Source: a virus. From it: a stretch of 64,000 nt of DNA. Both the position numbers and the translations under genes were made by a program. The stretch is taken from the IMG/VR virus record IMGVR_UViG_3300037606_000123, positions 1 through 64,000 of that record; one strand, written 5' to 3'. Shown here one piece after another: positions 38,734 through 48,461 of this stretch. Numbering within the stretch: the stretch's first letter is position 1; each line of letters opens with the position of its first letter. The notes beneath the pieces were generated by a model, which searched no databases, was not told the origin of the DNA, and saw nothing but the letters and a program-made list of their open reading frames with translations.

Positions 38734-40287
38734 ATGTTAAAATTAGAAATACAAAATATATTAAATATATTTATAAATAGTGGTAAAAAAATAAGTACAA
38801 GATTGACATATGATTTTTGGATAAAAAATTATCCATTAATTTATGATGAAATGATTGAGTATAACGCTATTAATAATTTAAAATGTAGTAATCTATCAGA
38901 AATTATATATTGTGTACTACATGATATTACAGTTAAACCAAAATGTAATGTATGTGGTATAAATATAACTAATTATAAAAATTTTAATTTAGGTTATGTT
39001 AAAACATGTTCTAAGAAATGTACTAATTCAGATCCAGATAAAATAAAAAAAGCATTAAAAAAATATAAAGAAACATGTATTGAAAAGTATGGTGTTGAAA
39101 ATATTTCACAATTAGATAGTATACAGAAGAAAAAAGAAGAAACGATGTTATTTAATTATGGTGTTAAATATAACAGTCAACGTACAGAAGTAAAACATAG
39201 TATTTCTGAACATATAACAAAAGTTAATATAAATAAAAATAAGTTAATGAGATTTAATTTATTATCAGTGTTAAAAAATATTGATATTGTAAATTTATAT
39301 AATGATAAAAATAGGTATTTAACAGATTTGTCATGTTTATCATGTAATAATATTTTTAGTATATCACAACATTTAGCACAAGTTAGAAATAAATCAAATC
39401 ATATTATATGTACAATTTGTAATCCTATATTGAAATATACATCTAAAGGTGAAATTGAATTATACGAATTTATAAAACAAAATTATGCAGGTAAAATTAT
39501 AACCAATAGTAGATCTATTATTGGTCCATTAGAATTAGATATTTATTTACCTGAATTAAATTTAGCATTTGAATTTAATGGGTTATATTGGCATTCTGAA
39601 ATGGAAAAAGATAAAAAATATCATTTAAATAAAACTAAATTATGTAATGAAAAAAATATTCAATTAATACATATTTATGAGGATGATTGGTTATATAAAG
39701 AATCTATTATTAAAAGTAGGTTAAAGAATCTTTTATATAAATCAAAACGTATATATGGAAGAATATGTGAAATTCGTACAGTATCTACTATTGAGCGCAA
39801 ATTATTTTTAAATAATAATCATATACAAGGTGATTGTATATCGAAATATAATATTGGATTATATTTTAATAATGAACTAATTTCTATGATGACATTTGGA
39901 AAATCTAGATTTACAGAAAATTTAGAATTATTAAGATTTTGTAATAAATTAAATACGACAATTATTGGTGGTGCAAGTAAATTATTTAAATATTTTACAA
40001 ATAATTTTAAATATGATAATATAATATCGTATGCTGATAAAAGTTGGTCTAATGGAAATTTATATAAACAATTAGGATTTGATTATTTAAATGATACAAA
40101 TCCTAATTATTATTGGATTGTTAATGGAATTAAATCAAATCGGTTTAATTGGCAAAAACATAAATTGGTTAAAATGGGGTATGATAAAAACAAAACAGAA
40201 ATACAAATTATGCATGATTTAGGGTATTATCGTTTATATGATTCTGGTTCACAAATATGGGAATATAAAAAAGAGATTCAAATTTGA
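38734..40287 (+). mobile_element. Free-standing homing endonuclease-like gene (PD-(D/E)xK, Vsr/Hef-like)
   Basis: CxxC fingers, KETCIEKYGVENISQ module, ELDIYLPELNLAFEFNGLYWHS nuclease motif, C-terminal IGGASKLF..IISYAD domain. Confidence 0.75.
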
Positions 40288-40299
40288 ATCTCTTTTTTT
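40267..40299. terminator. Bidirectional intrinsic terminator
   Basis: AAAAAAGAGATTCAAA/TTTGAATCTCTTTTTT. Confidence 0.8.
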
Positions 40300-40304
40300 A
40301 TTAA

Positions 40305-40547
40305 TTATTTTTTAAATTTATTCATAAAAGAACCGGCATTAAAATTACCGATACCGGAAGATGATTGTGATTTTTTATGTTCTTCTTCTTGTTTTTTTCT
40401 TTGTGATGCTAATTCATCATTACGTTTATTTAGACGTTCAACAAATGCTTCAAATTTCCAATATGGTAATTTTTCAATAACATCTATTTGTTGATGTGTT
40501 TGCATTAGAAATTCAAATTCGTTGTCTAATATATTGCTTAAAGGCAT
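40305..40547 (-). CDS. Baseplate hub assembly protein (T4 gp51-like)
   Basis: QTHQQIDVIEKLPYWKFEAFVERL; follows gp26-like gene; ATG at 40547 (TTG at 40556 alternative). Confidence 0.55.
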   Translation of the reverse strand: MPLSNILDNEFEFLMQTHQQIDVIEKLPYWKFEAFVERLNKRNDELASQRKKQEEEHKKSQSSSGIGNFNAGSFMNKFKK

Positions 40548-41523
40548 TTGGAACAATGAAAAGAGCTCTTGGACCGTTGGGAAAGGAAAAGGGTACTTTC
40601 ATCTCCTTTCCGCATTTGTTGCAATTAGTTTTTACGCTATCAACACCAAATCCCATTAAATCTATTGTATCATAAATAAATTCAAAAACTTCATTATTTA
40701 TTTTTGTAAAGTTATATTCTTCTTGTTCTAATTGTTCTATACTTAAACGTTTAACACCTAAACCAGCTTTTATATAACCGATACATTGCATAAATGTTAC
40801 ATTAGGTAATTTTTTACCTTGTGATTTATTTGTTACATAGAATATATAAGTATTAATATCTTCTGTTAAACCTATTGTTGGAGGTGCTAATTTATAATCA
40901 ATATCACCACCATTAATAGTTAAAGGAAATTTATATATTCTATCAATATTATCAAAAAATTCAGCAATATCTTCATTTTCTTCTTTATAAATATAATTAG
41001 CTGGAATTAATTCTACTAATTGTTCATCATTACTATTATTACAATCACAGTTAATTACTTTTTCATTTTTTCTACCATGTTTAGCACTAATTTTAGATAT
41101 TATTATAATTAGTGTATTTCTATCACCGTCTTGTAAATCTTTATATGATCCTAATAGCCCATCAATATTTTGAAATTTAACACAAGATGATAATAATTCA
41201 TTTAATTTTAATTGAACATCATATGGGTGTTCTTCATTAATAACAGCGAAAGCTTGAATTTCTTTTGTTGTTGTTGGTCTAACAAATATGCGTGTTCCAA
41301 TTTTATAAAATTTACCATAAGGTAAATCTTCTAAAGGTATGTTTTGCCATTCATCATTTAATTCAATTTTATCAACTTTTTGTCGTGTATTATTACCAAA
41401 ACTTTCAATATTTGAATTTTCATTAATATGTGTTGTTTGTCTTTCTGTATTAGAAATAAAATCCATTAAATGATCTTCTTTATTTTTGTCTTCATTATTT
41501 TTGTTTTCTATATTATCTGACAT
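40513..41523 (-). CDS. Baseplate hub subunit (T4 gp26-like)
   Basis: FVRPTTTKEI, CDC, KLAPPTIG, terminal CNKCG..PFSFPNG. Confidence 0.6.
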   Translation of the reverse strand: MSDNIENKNNEDKNKEDHLMDFISNTERQTTHINENSNIESFGNNTRQKVDKIELNDEWQNIPLEDLPYGKFYKIGTRIFVRPTTTKEIQAFAVINEEHPYDVQLKLNELLSSCVKFQNIDGLLGSYKDLQDGDRNTLIIIISKISAKHGRKNEKVINCDCNNSNDEQLVELIPANYIYKEENEDIAEFFDNIDRIYKFPLTINGGDIDYKLAPPTIGLTEDINTYIFYVTNKSQGKKLPNVTFMQCIGYIKAGLGVKRLSIEQLEQEEYNFTKINNEVFEFIYDTIDLMGFGVDSVKTNCNKCGKEMKVPFSFPNGPRALFIVPNAFKQYIRQRI

Positions 41524-41594
41524 GCTTTATTAATATTTTTTTATTATAATTTATATATTTTATAAATGTCTTTACCTATTTTTAATTAGATAAT

Positions 41595-41682
41595 AAAAAA
41601 AAACCACAGAGTAGCGAATTCTGTGGTTTCTATAGCCGAAACTATACCCGGTCCTAATCGTGAGACATACGCCTCGGGTTCT
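41595..41682 (-). ncRNA. GC-rich structured element ending in an intrinsic terminator
   Basis: ACCC/GGGT, GAGGC/GTCTC, TATAG/CTATA helices, then AAACCACAGA/TCTGTGGTTT plus U-tract. Confidence 0.55.
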
Positions 41683-41695
41683 TAAAATAATATAA

Positions 41696-42514
41696 TTATA
41701 TTATTTTTATATCTATTTTATTTGTAATAAAAGGATTTAATTTATTTGTTGTAACTAAATTCAAATATAATTCAGGTTTATAAATACTAACATATTCTTC
41801 AATTTTTTGTTTTAACCATGGTATAGTATTGATTAAATATTTTTGTAACCATATATTTATATTTTTACATTCTTCAATATTTGCATCTTCATCATCATAA
41901 AAATTAGAAACTTTATATTTATCTAATATTATTGGTTCAAATTTACTATCTTCTATTTTATATCCGATAATATTTTGTAATATACAATTCATTTTTTTTT
42001 CACTTGTTGTGCCTACAGAATTGATTACCGTAGGATCATTAACAAAAATAAAATCGGTTAATTTAATATTATGTTTATCAAGATTATCTTTCAATTTATT
42101 TAATATTTTTTTGTGTGCTTTTTTATTACCTCTTGCAGTTAAAATATTAATAATATCTTTTGTTCCGGATAAATGTATAATATTATTAATATAAACAAAT
42201 AAATTTTCTGTTTGTTTATCAATTAAATCGTTATCATTATATTCTCTTAATGATAATCCAATATCAATCATTTCAATACTTTTAATTCTTTGTATTTTTA
42301 CAAACAATTCATTTGGTAACCATCCACTAAAACCGTTATATGTAAAATAATGATTATCATTTTTGTAATTACCACTTAATATTAAATATCCATCATTAGG
42401 TTTAATACGTAATATTGGTTTACTTGGATTTTTTTTATCAACAATCCACCATTTACTATTTGTATTCCATAATGTATAATCAGCATCAAACCAATGTATT
42501 ATTTCATTTTTCAT
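41696..42514 (-). CDS. HAD-like hypothetical protein
   Basis: WFDADYTLW (DxD), ILTARG, FYDDEDANI. Confidence 0.55.
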   Translation of the reverse strand: MKNEIIHWFDADYTLWNTNSKWWIVDKKNPSKPILRIKPNDGYLILSGNYKNDNHYFTYNGFSGWLPNELFVKIQRIKSIEMIDIGLSLREYNDNDLIDKQTENLFVYINNIIHLSGTKDIINILTARGNKKAHKKILNKLKDNLDKHNIKLTDFIFVNDPTVINSVGTTSEKKMNCILQNIIGYKIEDSKFEPIILDKYKVSNFYDDEDANIEECKNINIWLQKYLINTIPWLKQKIEEYVSIYKPELYLNLVTTNKLNPFITNKIDIKII

Positions 42515-42855
42515 ATTTTTTCAATTGGAAAATCACCTTTTATTTTTATACCTTTAAATGTTCCATCTTTAAACACACCATTATTCCATGTACCTTTAAA
42601 TGTTCCGTTTAAAAATATACCACCATTCCAAATACCAGATCTAAAATCACCAGTTTCAAATATACCCCATTCCCATACACCCCAATAAAAAACACCAGAT
42701 TTCCAATGTAATAAATTGTTTTTTATTTCAATACATACATCATCTAATTCACATGTTAATAACCAATTAAAATTAGATGTATATAAATACTGTTCTATTA
42801 ATTTAGAAGATGTTAAATGTAAACTTTCCGTTTTAAGTTCTAAAAATCTTTGCAT
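42511..42855 (-). CDS. G-x-W/F pentapeptide repeat protein
   Basis: SGVFYWGVWEWGIFETGDFRSGIWNGGIFLNGTFKGTWNNGVFKDGTFKG. Confidence 0.75.
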   Translation of the reverse strand: MQRFLELKTESLHLTSSKLIEQYLYTSNFNWLLTCELDDVCIEIKNNLLHWKSGVFYWGVWEWGIFETGDFRSGIWNGGIFLNGTFKGTWNNGVFKDGTFKGIKIKGDFPIEKI

Positions 42856-42868
42856 ATTAAATTATATA

Positions 42869-43321
42869 TTAAAATAATGATTCAATACTAGAACCATATA
42901 CTAATTGATCAAAGGATTGTTCAAAAATTATATTAACCGGTATTTCACCTTTATTTGCATTGTAAAACATATTAGCCATTTGTTGTATACTAAAACCTGA
43001 TAATAATTTTATATTTACACCGTAAGCAATAAAAAATTCCATTTGTGGATTATCGATAGCAAATAAATATAATTCTCTTATATCTGATTTTATTTTCTTT
43101 GTTGGAATAGAAGGATTCTTTTTTATGCGTAGGTCTTTAGTTATAATACCATACGACTGTCCCATTATACCTTTTCCTTGTCCCTGTTGCGCCCCAAATG
43201 TTTTTTTGGCAATTAGTGCAGCTCCTTTACCATGACGTCCCTCAGGGTTCGAACCAAATACAAATATTTGATTTGATTCTAATTTATTTAAATGTCCGGT
43301 ATATGTTTTTCTTTTATTCAT
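42869..43321 (-). CDS. Conserved phage protein (FVFGSN..GxHGxGAA family)
   Basis: IFVFGSNPEGRHGKGAALIA..GQSYGI. Confidence 0.7.
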   Translation of the reverse strand: MNKRKTYTGHLNKLESNQIFVFGSNPEGRHGKGAALIAKKTFGAQQGQGKGIMGQSYGIITKDLRIKKNPSIPTKKIKSDIRELYLFAIDNPQMEFFIAYGVNIKLLSGFSIQQMANMFYNANKGEIPVNIIFEQSFDQLVYGSSIESLF

Positions 43322-43329
43322 ACATATAT

Positions 43330-43776
43330 TCAATTTTGTAAATAATCATATACATCTATCCAATTTTTAAATTTATCAGATCCAAAATGAATTAATTCAC
43401 CAGTGAATTTATCTTGACCACGACCAAAATTGTGATCATCAATTAAATAATCACCAATTAATAATGATTTATTAGAACATATAATTAGTTTTTCTATCCA
43501 TTCTTCACCAACATTATTTTTTATCCAATATGCTTTTTCTGTATAACATAATAAATTTTTAAAACTTGGTGCTGTTAAAAACCAAATATCATATTTAGAT
43601 TGTAATAGTTTAATAGTTTCAATACTATCTTTAATAATTTCCAATTCCATAAAAAAACCATATTGTGATTGTGGATATGGTTGTTCAGGTGTTTTAATTT
43701 TATATTTACTATATGCTTTTTCAACATCCGCTAAAACTCCATCAATATCTATGTATAATATTTTTTTATCTATCAT
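43330..43776 (-). CDS. 5'(3')-deoxyribonucleotidase (NT5C-type HAD)
   Basis: ILYIDIDGVLAD, FLTAP, EKAYWI, GDYLIDD. Confidence 0.85.
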   Translation of the reverse strand: MIDKKILYIDIDGVLADVEKAYSKYKIKTPEQPYPQSQYGFFMELEIIKDSIETIKLLQSKYDIWFLTAPSFKNLLCYTEKAYWIKNNVGEEWIEKLIICSNKSLLIGDYLIDDHNFGRGQDKFTGELIHFGSDKFKNWIDVYDYLQN

Positions 43777-43806
43777 ATTTATTATAAGTGAAATTTTATA
43801 AAATGT

Positions 43807-44523
43807 TTAATTTTTCATTATAAATTTAACATAATGTATAGTTTCAGAAATATTTGGAATATTATTACCGGCTAATTGTACATTACCAGGTCCGGCATTA
43901 TATGCAGCAAATGTTAAATCCCATCGTTTATATTTTTTATATAAATAATCTATATAAAATGTACCAATTAATATGTTTTGTTTATTTTTATCTAAATGAT
44001 CTATATTACCATTTTTAGTAACATAACGTTTTTTAATTGCAGTAAATGTTTTTGGCATAACTTGCATATAACCATTTGCACCCATATGTGATTTAGCGTT
44101 AGGATTATATTTACTTTCTTGCCATATCAATCTATAAATATATTTTAATGGAATAGAATATTTTTTTGACATTTTATGAATTAACATTATATCATCTTTA
44201 TTAATTTTTTCAGGTATTAATATTTTACCATGTTTAAAAGCTAAATACCTATAATAATCACCATCTTGTTTTAATGAATCTAATTCAATTAAATCAAATA
44301 ATAATGAATCATTAACATAATGAATAGAATCATTATTAAATGTTAAATCATTAATAGTTAAATTTAAATCTGTGATTTTATTATCACGAAATTTATAACC
44401 ATATAACCAACTACTACTAATAGAAATTAATAACATTGGTATAATGATATATTTTTTTTTTGATTTTGTATTAAAAATATATGTAAAATAAATACGTTCA
44501 ATAAATCTTTTAATGTTTTTCAT
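43807..44523 (-). CDS. Lytic transglycosylase (SLT domain) with N-terminal membrane anchor
   Basis: LIWQESKYNPNAKSHMGANGYMQVMP; FAAYNAGPGNV; ETIHYV. Confidence 0.9.
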   Translation of the reverse strand: MKNIKRFIERIYFTYIFNTKSKKKYIIIPMLLISISSSWLYGYKFRDNKITDLNLTINDLTFNNDSIHYVNDSLLFDLIELDSLKQDGDYYRYLAFKHGKILIPEKINKDDIMLIHKMSKKYSIPLKYIYRLIWQESKYNPNAKSHMGANGYMQVMPKTFTAIKKRYVTKNGNIDHLDKNKQNILIGTFYIDYLYKKYKRWDLTFAAYNAGPGNVQLAGNNIPNISETIHYVKFIMKN

Positions 44524-44532
44524 AATTATTAA

Positions 44533-44958
44533 TTAAAATGGACAATCGTTGTTTAGTTCTGTAATTATTTTAGTATTACATTCAACCCAAAATTGATATG
44601 GTTTACCTGTTTCATCTAAGGTAAATTTTAAATATGAATTATATTTTTTAGTGTTTTCGCTATTAGTTAATATTTGAATATTTGTAATACAATAACCTAA
44701 AATTTCATCAATGCGATCAATATGAAAACTTGTTTTAGATCTACCTTTACCAAAAATATAATTTGTTTCTATTGCAAATTTTTTAAATTCATTAAATGTT
44801 AATGTAAATTCTTTACCTCTACGTTTTGCATTTGTTTTTAAATTTTGAAATGATGATTGTATAGGATTATTTTCTCTATACTTACGACTAATACATTTAT
44901 AACACATCGTTCTATTTTTAACTTTAGTATTACAACAATATTTTGTTTTACATTTCAT
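44533..44958 (-). CDS. Putative HNH-type endonuclease
   Basis: Cys-rich N-terminus; AKRRGKEFTLT; HIDRIDEILGYCITNIQILTNSEN. Confidence 0.6.
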   Translation of the reverse strand: MKCKTKYCCNTKVKNRTMCYKCISRKYRENNPIQSSFQNLKTNAKRRGKEFTLTFNEFKKFAIETNYIFGKGRSKTSFHIDRIDEILGYCITNIQILTNSENTKKYNSYLKFTLDETGKPYQFWVECNTKIITELNNDCPF

Positions 44959-45084
44959 AATGCAAATATAATAATAATAAATTAAAAAATAGCAAAATTT
45001 GGTAATATTCTTGTACTACCATATTTCAAAACACATATCTCAAATTTTTGTAGCATGTGTATTACTTTTTATTTATATAGAAAT

Positions 45085-45116
45085 AAAAAACCGACTAAAA
45101 TACGTTTAGCCGGTTT
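45085..45116 (-). terminator. Intrinsic terminator after tmRNA
   Basis: Minus-strand AAACCGGCTAAA/TTTAGTCGGTTT hairpin plus U-tract. Confidence 0.7.
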
Positions 45117-45147
45117 ATCTATGAATGTTAAAACATTCGTGCCACGG

Positions 45148-45540
45148 TGGAGGTGGAGGGATTCGAACCCCCGTTTTTATAAGAAAATTCATTATTTTCT
45201 ACATGTTTATTTATCTTATTCACAAGATAACAAAATATTTATTTTTTGTTATAACAAACATTTTATTCAATTTTAAAGTTTGAATAAAAAACAACTTTTT
45301 GTTTACTGATTGGTTAATCCTTTCGGATCGACTTAAGCTGTTGCTAATTCAAAAGCTGTCTCAGTTACTACAGCTGTAGAAGAAACTTCTACTGAACCAC
45401 CTAAGTCAGAAACTAATTTGTTAAAAGAAGTTTCGTTTTTAAAGTTTGCATTTATTTTTTAGTACTTTATTTAAGTGTATTTACAAAAACACTACATGCT
45501 TATATTGATCATACATTACAAATCAAATCCAAACACCCCC
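45148..45540 (-). ncRNA. ssrA: tmRNA
   Basis: GGGGGTG/CACCTCC acceptor with G3.U70 and A73; TTCGAAT T-loop; AATAAAT-GCA resume context; tag ORF 45449..45333. Confidence 0.93.
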
Positions 45541-45612
45541 ATAAATCAAAGAACATATATTTCTATTACAAATATATAAATTATATATTAAAAATAAAAA
45601 TATGTTTAATTT

Positions 45613-46224
45613 TTATTTTATTTTATCAATTGCACCATATGTAATTGCATCTTTAGCTTTCATCCAATTATCACGTTCAGCATCTTTTAAAACTTTTTTA
45701 TATGAAACACCTGTATGTTTAGCTATAATTTCAATTAAATCATGTTTTATACTTTGCATTTCATTATTATAAATAGCAATATCAGTTGCTTGTGAAAAAT
45801 GCATTCCACCTAATGGTTGATGCATCATCATTTTACTATTAGGTAAAATAAATCGATTTCCTTTTTCACCACAAATAGCTAATATAAATGCCATACTTGC
45901 AGCTAATCCTACAACACATGTATACACAGGACAATCAATCATTTGAATTGTATCATAAATAGCTAAACCATCATAAACAGATCCACCTGGACTATTAATA
46001 TACAACCAAATTGGTTCAGATTTATCAGAATTATTATCTAAAAATAATAGTTGTGCTATTATTGTATTTGCAATAAAATCATCTATCTCTTCACCTAAAA
46101 AAATAATTCTATCTTGCATTAATCTATCAAACACTGATAATATTTGCATATTAGAATTACTCTCTTCAATAACCATTGGTGTAAAACTTTTTGGTTTTTT
46201 AAATACTGATGAAACTTTTGTCAT
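45613..46224 (-). CDS. clpP: ATP-dependent Clp protease proteolytic subunit
   Basis: DRIIFLG, YINSPGGSV, GLAASMA (Ser), MMHQP (His), RDNWM (Asp). Confidence 0.95.
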   Translation of the reverse strand: MTKVSSVFKKPKSFTPMVIEESNSNMQILSVFDRLMQDRIIFLGEEIDDFIANTIIAQLLFLDNNSDKSEPIWLYINSPGGSVYDGLAIYDTIQMIDCPVYTCVVGLAASMAFILAICGEKGNRFILPNSKMMMHQPLGGMHFSQATDIAIYNNEMQSIKHDLIEIIAKHTGVSYKKVLKDAERDNWMKAKDAITYGAIDKIK

Positions 46225-46336
46225 ATTTTATAAAATATTTTTTATTTATATGTATAAATATATAACTTGTTTATAAAAAAAAAAACACTATAATTAATTA
46301 TAGTGTTTTTTATAAAAAAAAAAAATAAGAATATGA

Positions 46337-47227
46337 CTATAATACCATTGTTGGCTTATATCCGTATTTAATTTTTAAATCTTCTTGCATTGGACATAAT
46401 TCATTCCAAGAAAAATATTGTCCTGGAATTTCTTCTAACTCAATTAAAATGTTTTTTACAACATCGTCTTCAAATTCTTCATCTTCAAATTCTTCATCAT
46501 AATAATATTTTTCATCACGAGAAAAATATTCTACTTCATCAGTTGCATCATCTTCAACATTACTATTAGTATTATCGTAAATCATTGCAACAGTTCCAAC
46601 ACCACCTGTTATAATTCGCAAATTACCGTTTACACCTTCAACATAAATAAGATCACCCAATTTTGGAATTAATACTGAACCAACTGGTTCATTACTTGAT
46701 TGTTTTGAAATTTCATTATTTATAATATCATCAACAAAAATTTCTAGTTGTGTTTTGGTTTTATATTTACCTAAATTTGGTGCATCAAAATTAATACTGT
46801 TAATAATTTTTTCAAAATCAAAATCATCTTCTGGTGTTTCAAATTTAGATTCTAACTGATCAAAATTAATACTGTTGTTAATTTTTTCAAAATAAGAATC
46901 ATCTAAAGTTGCTTCTGGTGCAATATTAAATTGTTTCATTTTTGTTGGATATAGTGTTGCAAAATTAATACTGTTTTCTTTAATCATTGCAGCTTCAAAA
47001 ATCGCACGACCAGTATGAATATCAAATTTAGTTTCCACTATATTTGTTTTTTGAATTGAATCTGGTAATGAATCTAATTCAACAACTTTTACATTATCTG
47101 TTTTAATATTAAGATTTTTAATAACATCATTGAATGGTGCTGTTGGATCCATACATTCAATAATTTTTTTATCGTTATCGTAAATTGCATACGACGTAGT
47201 ATTTTTTAATGTTATTACTGTTATCAT
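46337..47227 (-). CDS. Acidic hypothetical protein with internal repeats
   Basis: NSINF occurs three times; FEKINNSINFD / FEKIINSINFD. Confidence 0.7.
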   Translation of the reverse strand: MITVITLKNTTSYAIYDNDKKIIECMDPTAPFNDVIKNLNIKTDNVKVVELDSLPDSIQKTNIVETKFDIHTGRAIFEAAMIKENSINFATLYPTKMKQFNIAPEATLDDSYFEKINNSINFDQLESKFETPEDDFDFEKIINSINFDAPNLGKYKTKTQLEIFVDDIINNEISKQSSNEPVGSVLIPKLGDLIYVEGVNGNLRIITGGVGTVAMIYDNTNSNVEDDATDEVEYFSRDEKYYYDEEFEDEEFEDDVVKNILIELEEIPGQYFSWNELCPMQEDLKIKYGYKPTMVL

Positions 47228-47337
47228 GTTTAATTATTTAATTATTTAATTATTTATACAAATATAACAATAATTTTTAATAAACAAAAAATAATATATA
47301 ATTATTCAATATATAATAAAAAAGAATAACATTAAAT

Positions 47338-47694
47338 ATGAAATTACAAATAAACGGTTTTGATATTGAAATAAACACAGATGAAGCAAATATCACAATG
47401 AAAGTAATGGATGCTAATGGAAAAGAATTATCAAATAACACTTTCACACAATCAATGGAACAAACAGATGATGTTATTGATGTAGATATGCCAGAAACAG
47501 ATGAAATAGCTGATGAAGTTGTTGAAGATGAAATAGCTGATGATGTTGTCGAAGATGATGTTGTTGAAGATGATGTTGTTGAAGATGATGAAGTTGAAGA
47601 TGATGAAGTTGAAGATGATGAAGTTGTTGAAGACGAAGTTGGTGAATCTTTTATATTAAATTTTGAAGATTTTAAAAAACAATTAAATAAATAA
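47338..47694 (+). CDS. Acidic low-complexity protein with C-terminal ILNFEDF motif
   Basis: VVEDD/EVEDD repeats; ends GESFILNFEDFKKQLNK. Confidence 0.75.
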   Translation: MKLQINGFDIEINTDEANITMKVMDANGKELSNNTFTQSMEQTDDVIDVDMPETDEIADEVVEDEIADDVVEDDVVEDDVVEDDEVEDDEVEDDEVVEDEVGESFILNFEDFKKQLNK

Positions 47695-47723
47695 AAAAAA
47701 GTCCAGTTTAACTGGACTTTTTT
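47693..47723. terminator. Bidirectional intrinsic terminator
   Basis: A-tract GTCCAGT/ACTGGAC T-tract. Confidence 0.8.
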
Positions 47724-47899
47724 ATTTTAAGAATTTTGTAATTCTATTGCGTCAGCAAGTTTTAATAATGTTGGTAAATCTTCAAATGATTTTGCAACTA
47801 AACCTAATAACTCTTTATTATGATTTTTTTTAGTAACTTTTACTAAAGCTTTTTCTGATGCTGTTTTTTTAACTATTAATTGATTCATATTTTATTTAT

Positions 47900-48442
47900 T
47901 TATTTATTTAAAAATTGATTTTCTACGTCTGGTGTTAAATAAACATTATTATCTGATAAATATAATTTTCCTTTATTAGATAAATAATTTTTAACATCCA
48001 TTGTAATTATAACTCCTGTTGATTTATTTTTTATTGCTTTTTGATTCGCTCTAAATTGAGCCAATTCAAGATTTGTAGTCCAATGTACATGTTGTCTGTT
48101 ACCTGCTCTTAAACTTGATAAAATGATTAAATCATGTGCTTTCTGATCGGTTCCATGATATAACAAAAATGTTTTTTGTATCGATGTAATTTGAGATAGT
48201 TTTTTGTTTATTGCAACATTTGATGAATGACCTTGATTTGCACATATTAATGTTTCATCATCATTAAAACTAAATCTTTTTTTATCGTTTGTTTCAACTA
48301 TATTTTTTAAATCAATTAATGTAATATTAAAATGATTTAAAATACTATCAACACACATCCAACCATCAGAATTTAATTTTAAAGGTGTTGGATCATGTCT
48401 TAATAATTTACTTAATGTTCTTGATATTTTATCTAAATTCAT
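47900..48442 (-). CDS. kptA: RNA 2'-phosphotransferase (Tpt1/KptA)
   Basis: LSKLLRHDP, DKKRF, ANQGHS, LYHGT, GNRQHVH; Arg-His-Arg-Arg catalytic set retained. Confidence 0.9.
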   Translation of the reverse strand: MNLDKISRTLSKLLRHDPTPLKLNSDGWMCVDSILNHFNITLIDLKNIVETNDKKRFSFNDDETLICANQGHSSNVAINKKLSQITSIQKTFLLYHGTDQKAHDLIILSSLRAGNRQHVHWTTNLELAQFRANQKAIKNKSTGVIITMDVKNYLSNKGKLYLSDNNVYLTPDVENQFLNK

Positions 48443-48461
48443 ATTACAATAATATAAATAA

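Noticed and set aside
40513-40556. Programmed frameshift between the gp26-like and gp51-like genes
   Set aside because: No clear slippery heptamer; the downstream ORF has its own ATG, and simple overlap explains it.
45055-45276. ORF-track CDS (73 aa, plus strand)
   Set aside because: Antisense to the tmRNA 3' end and its terminator.
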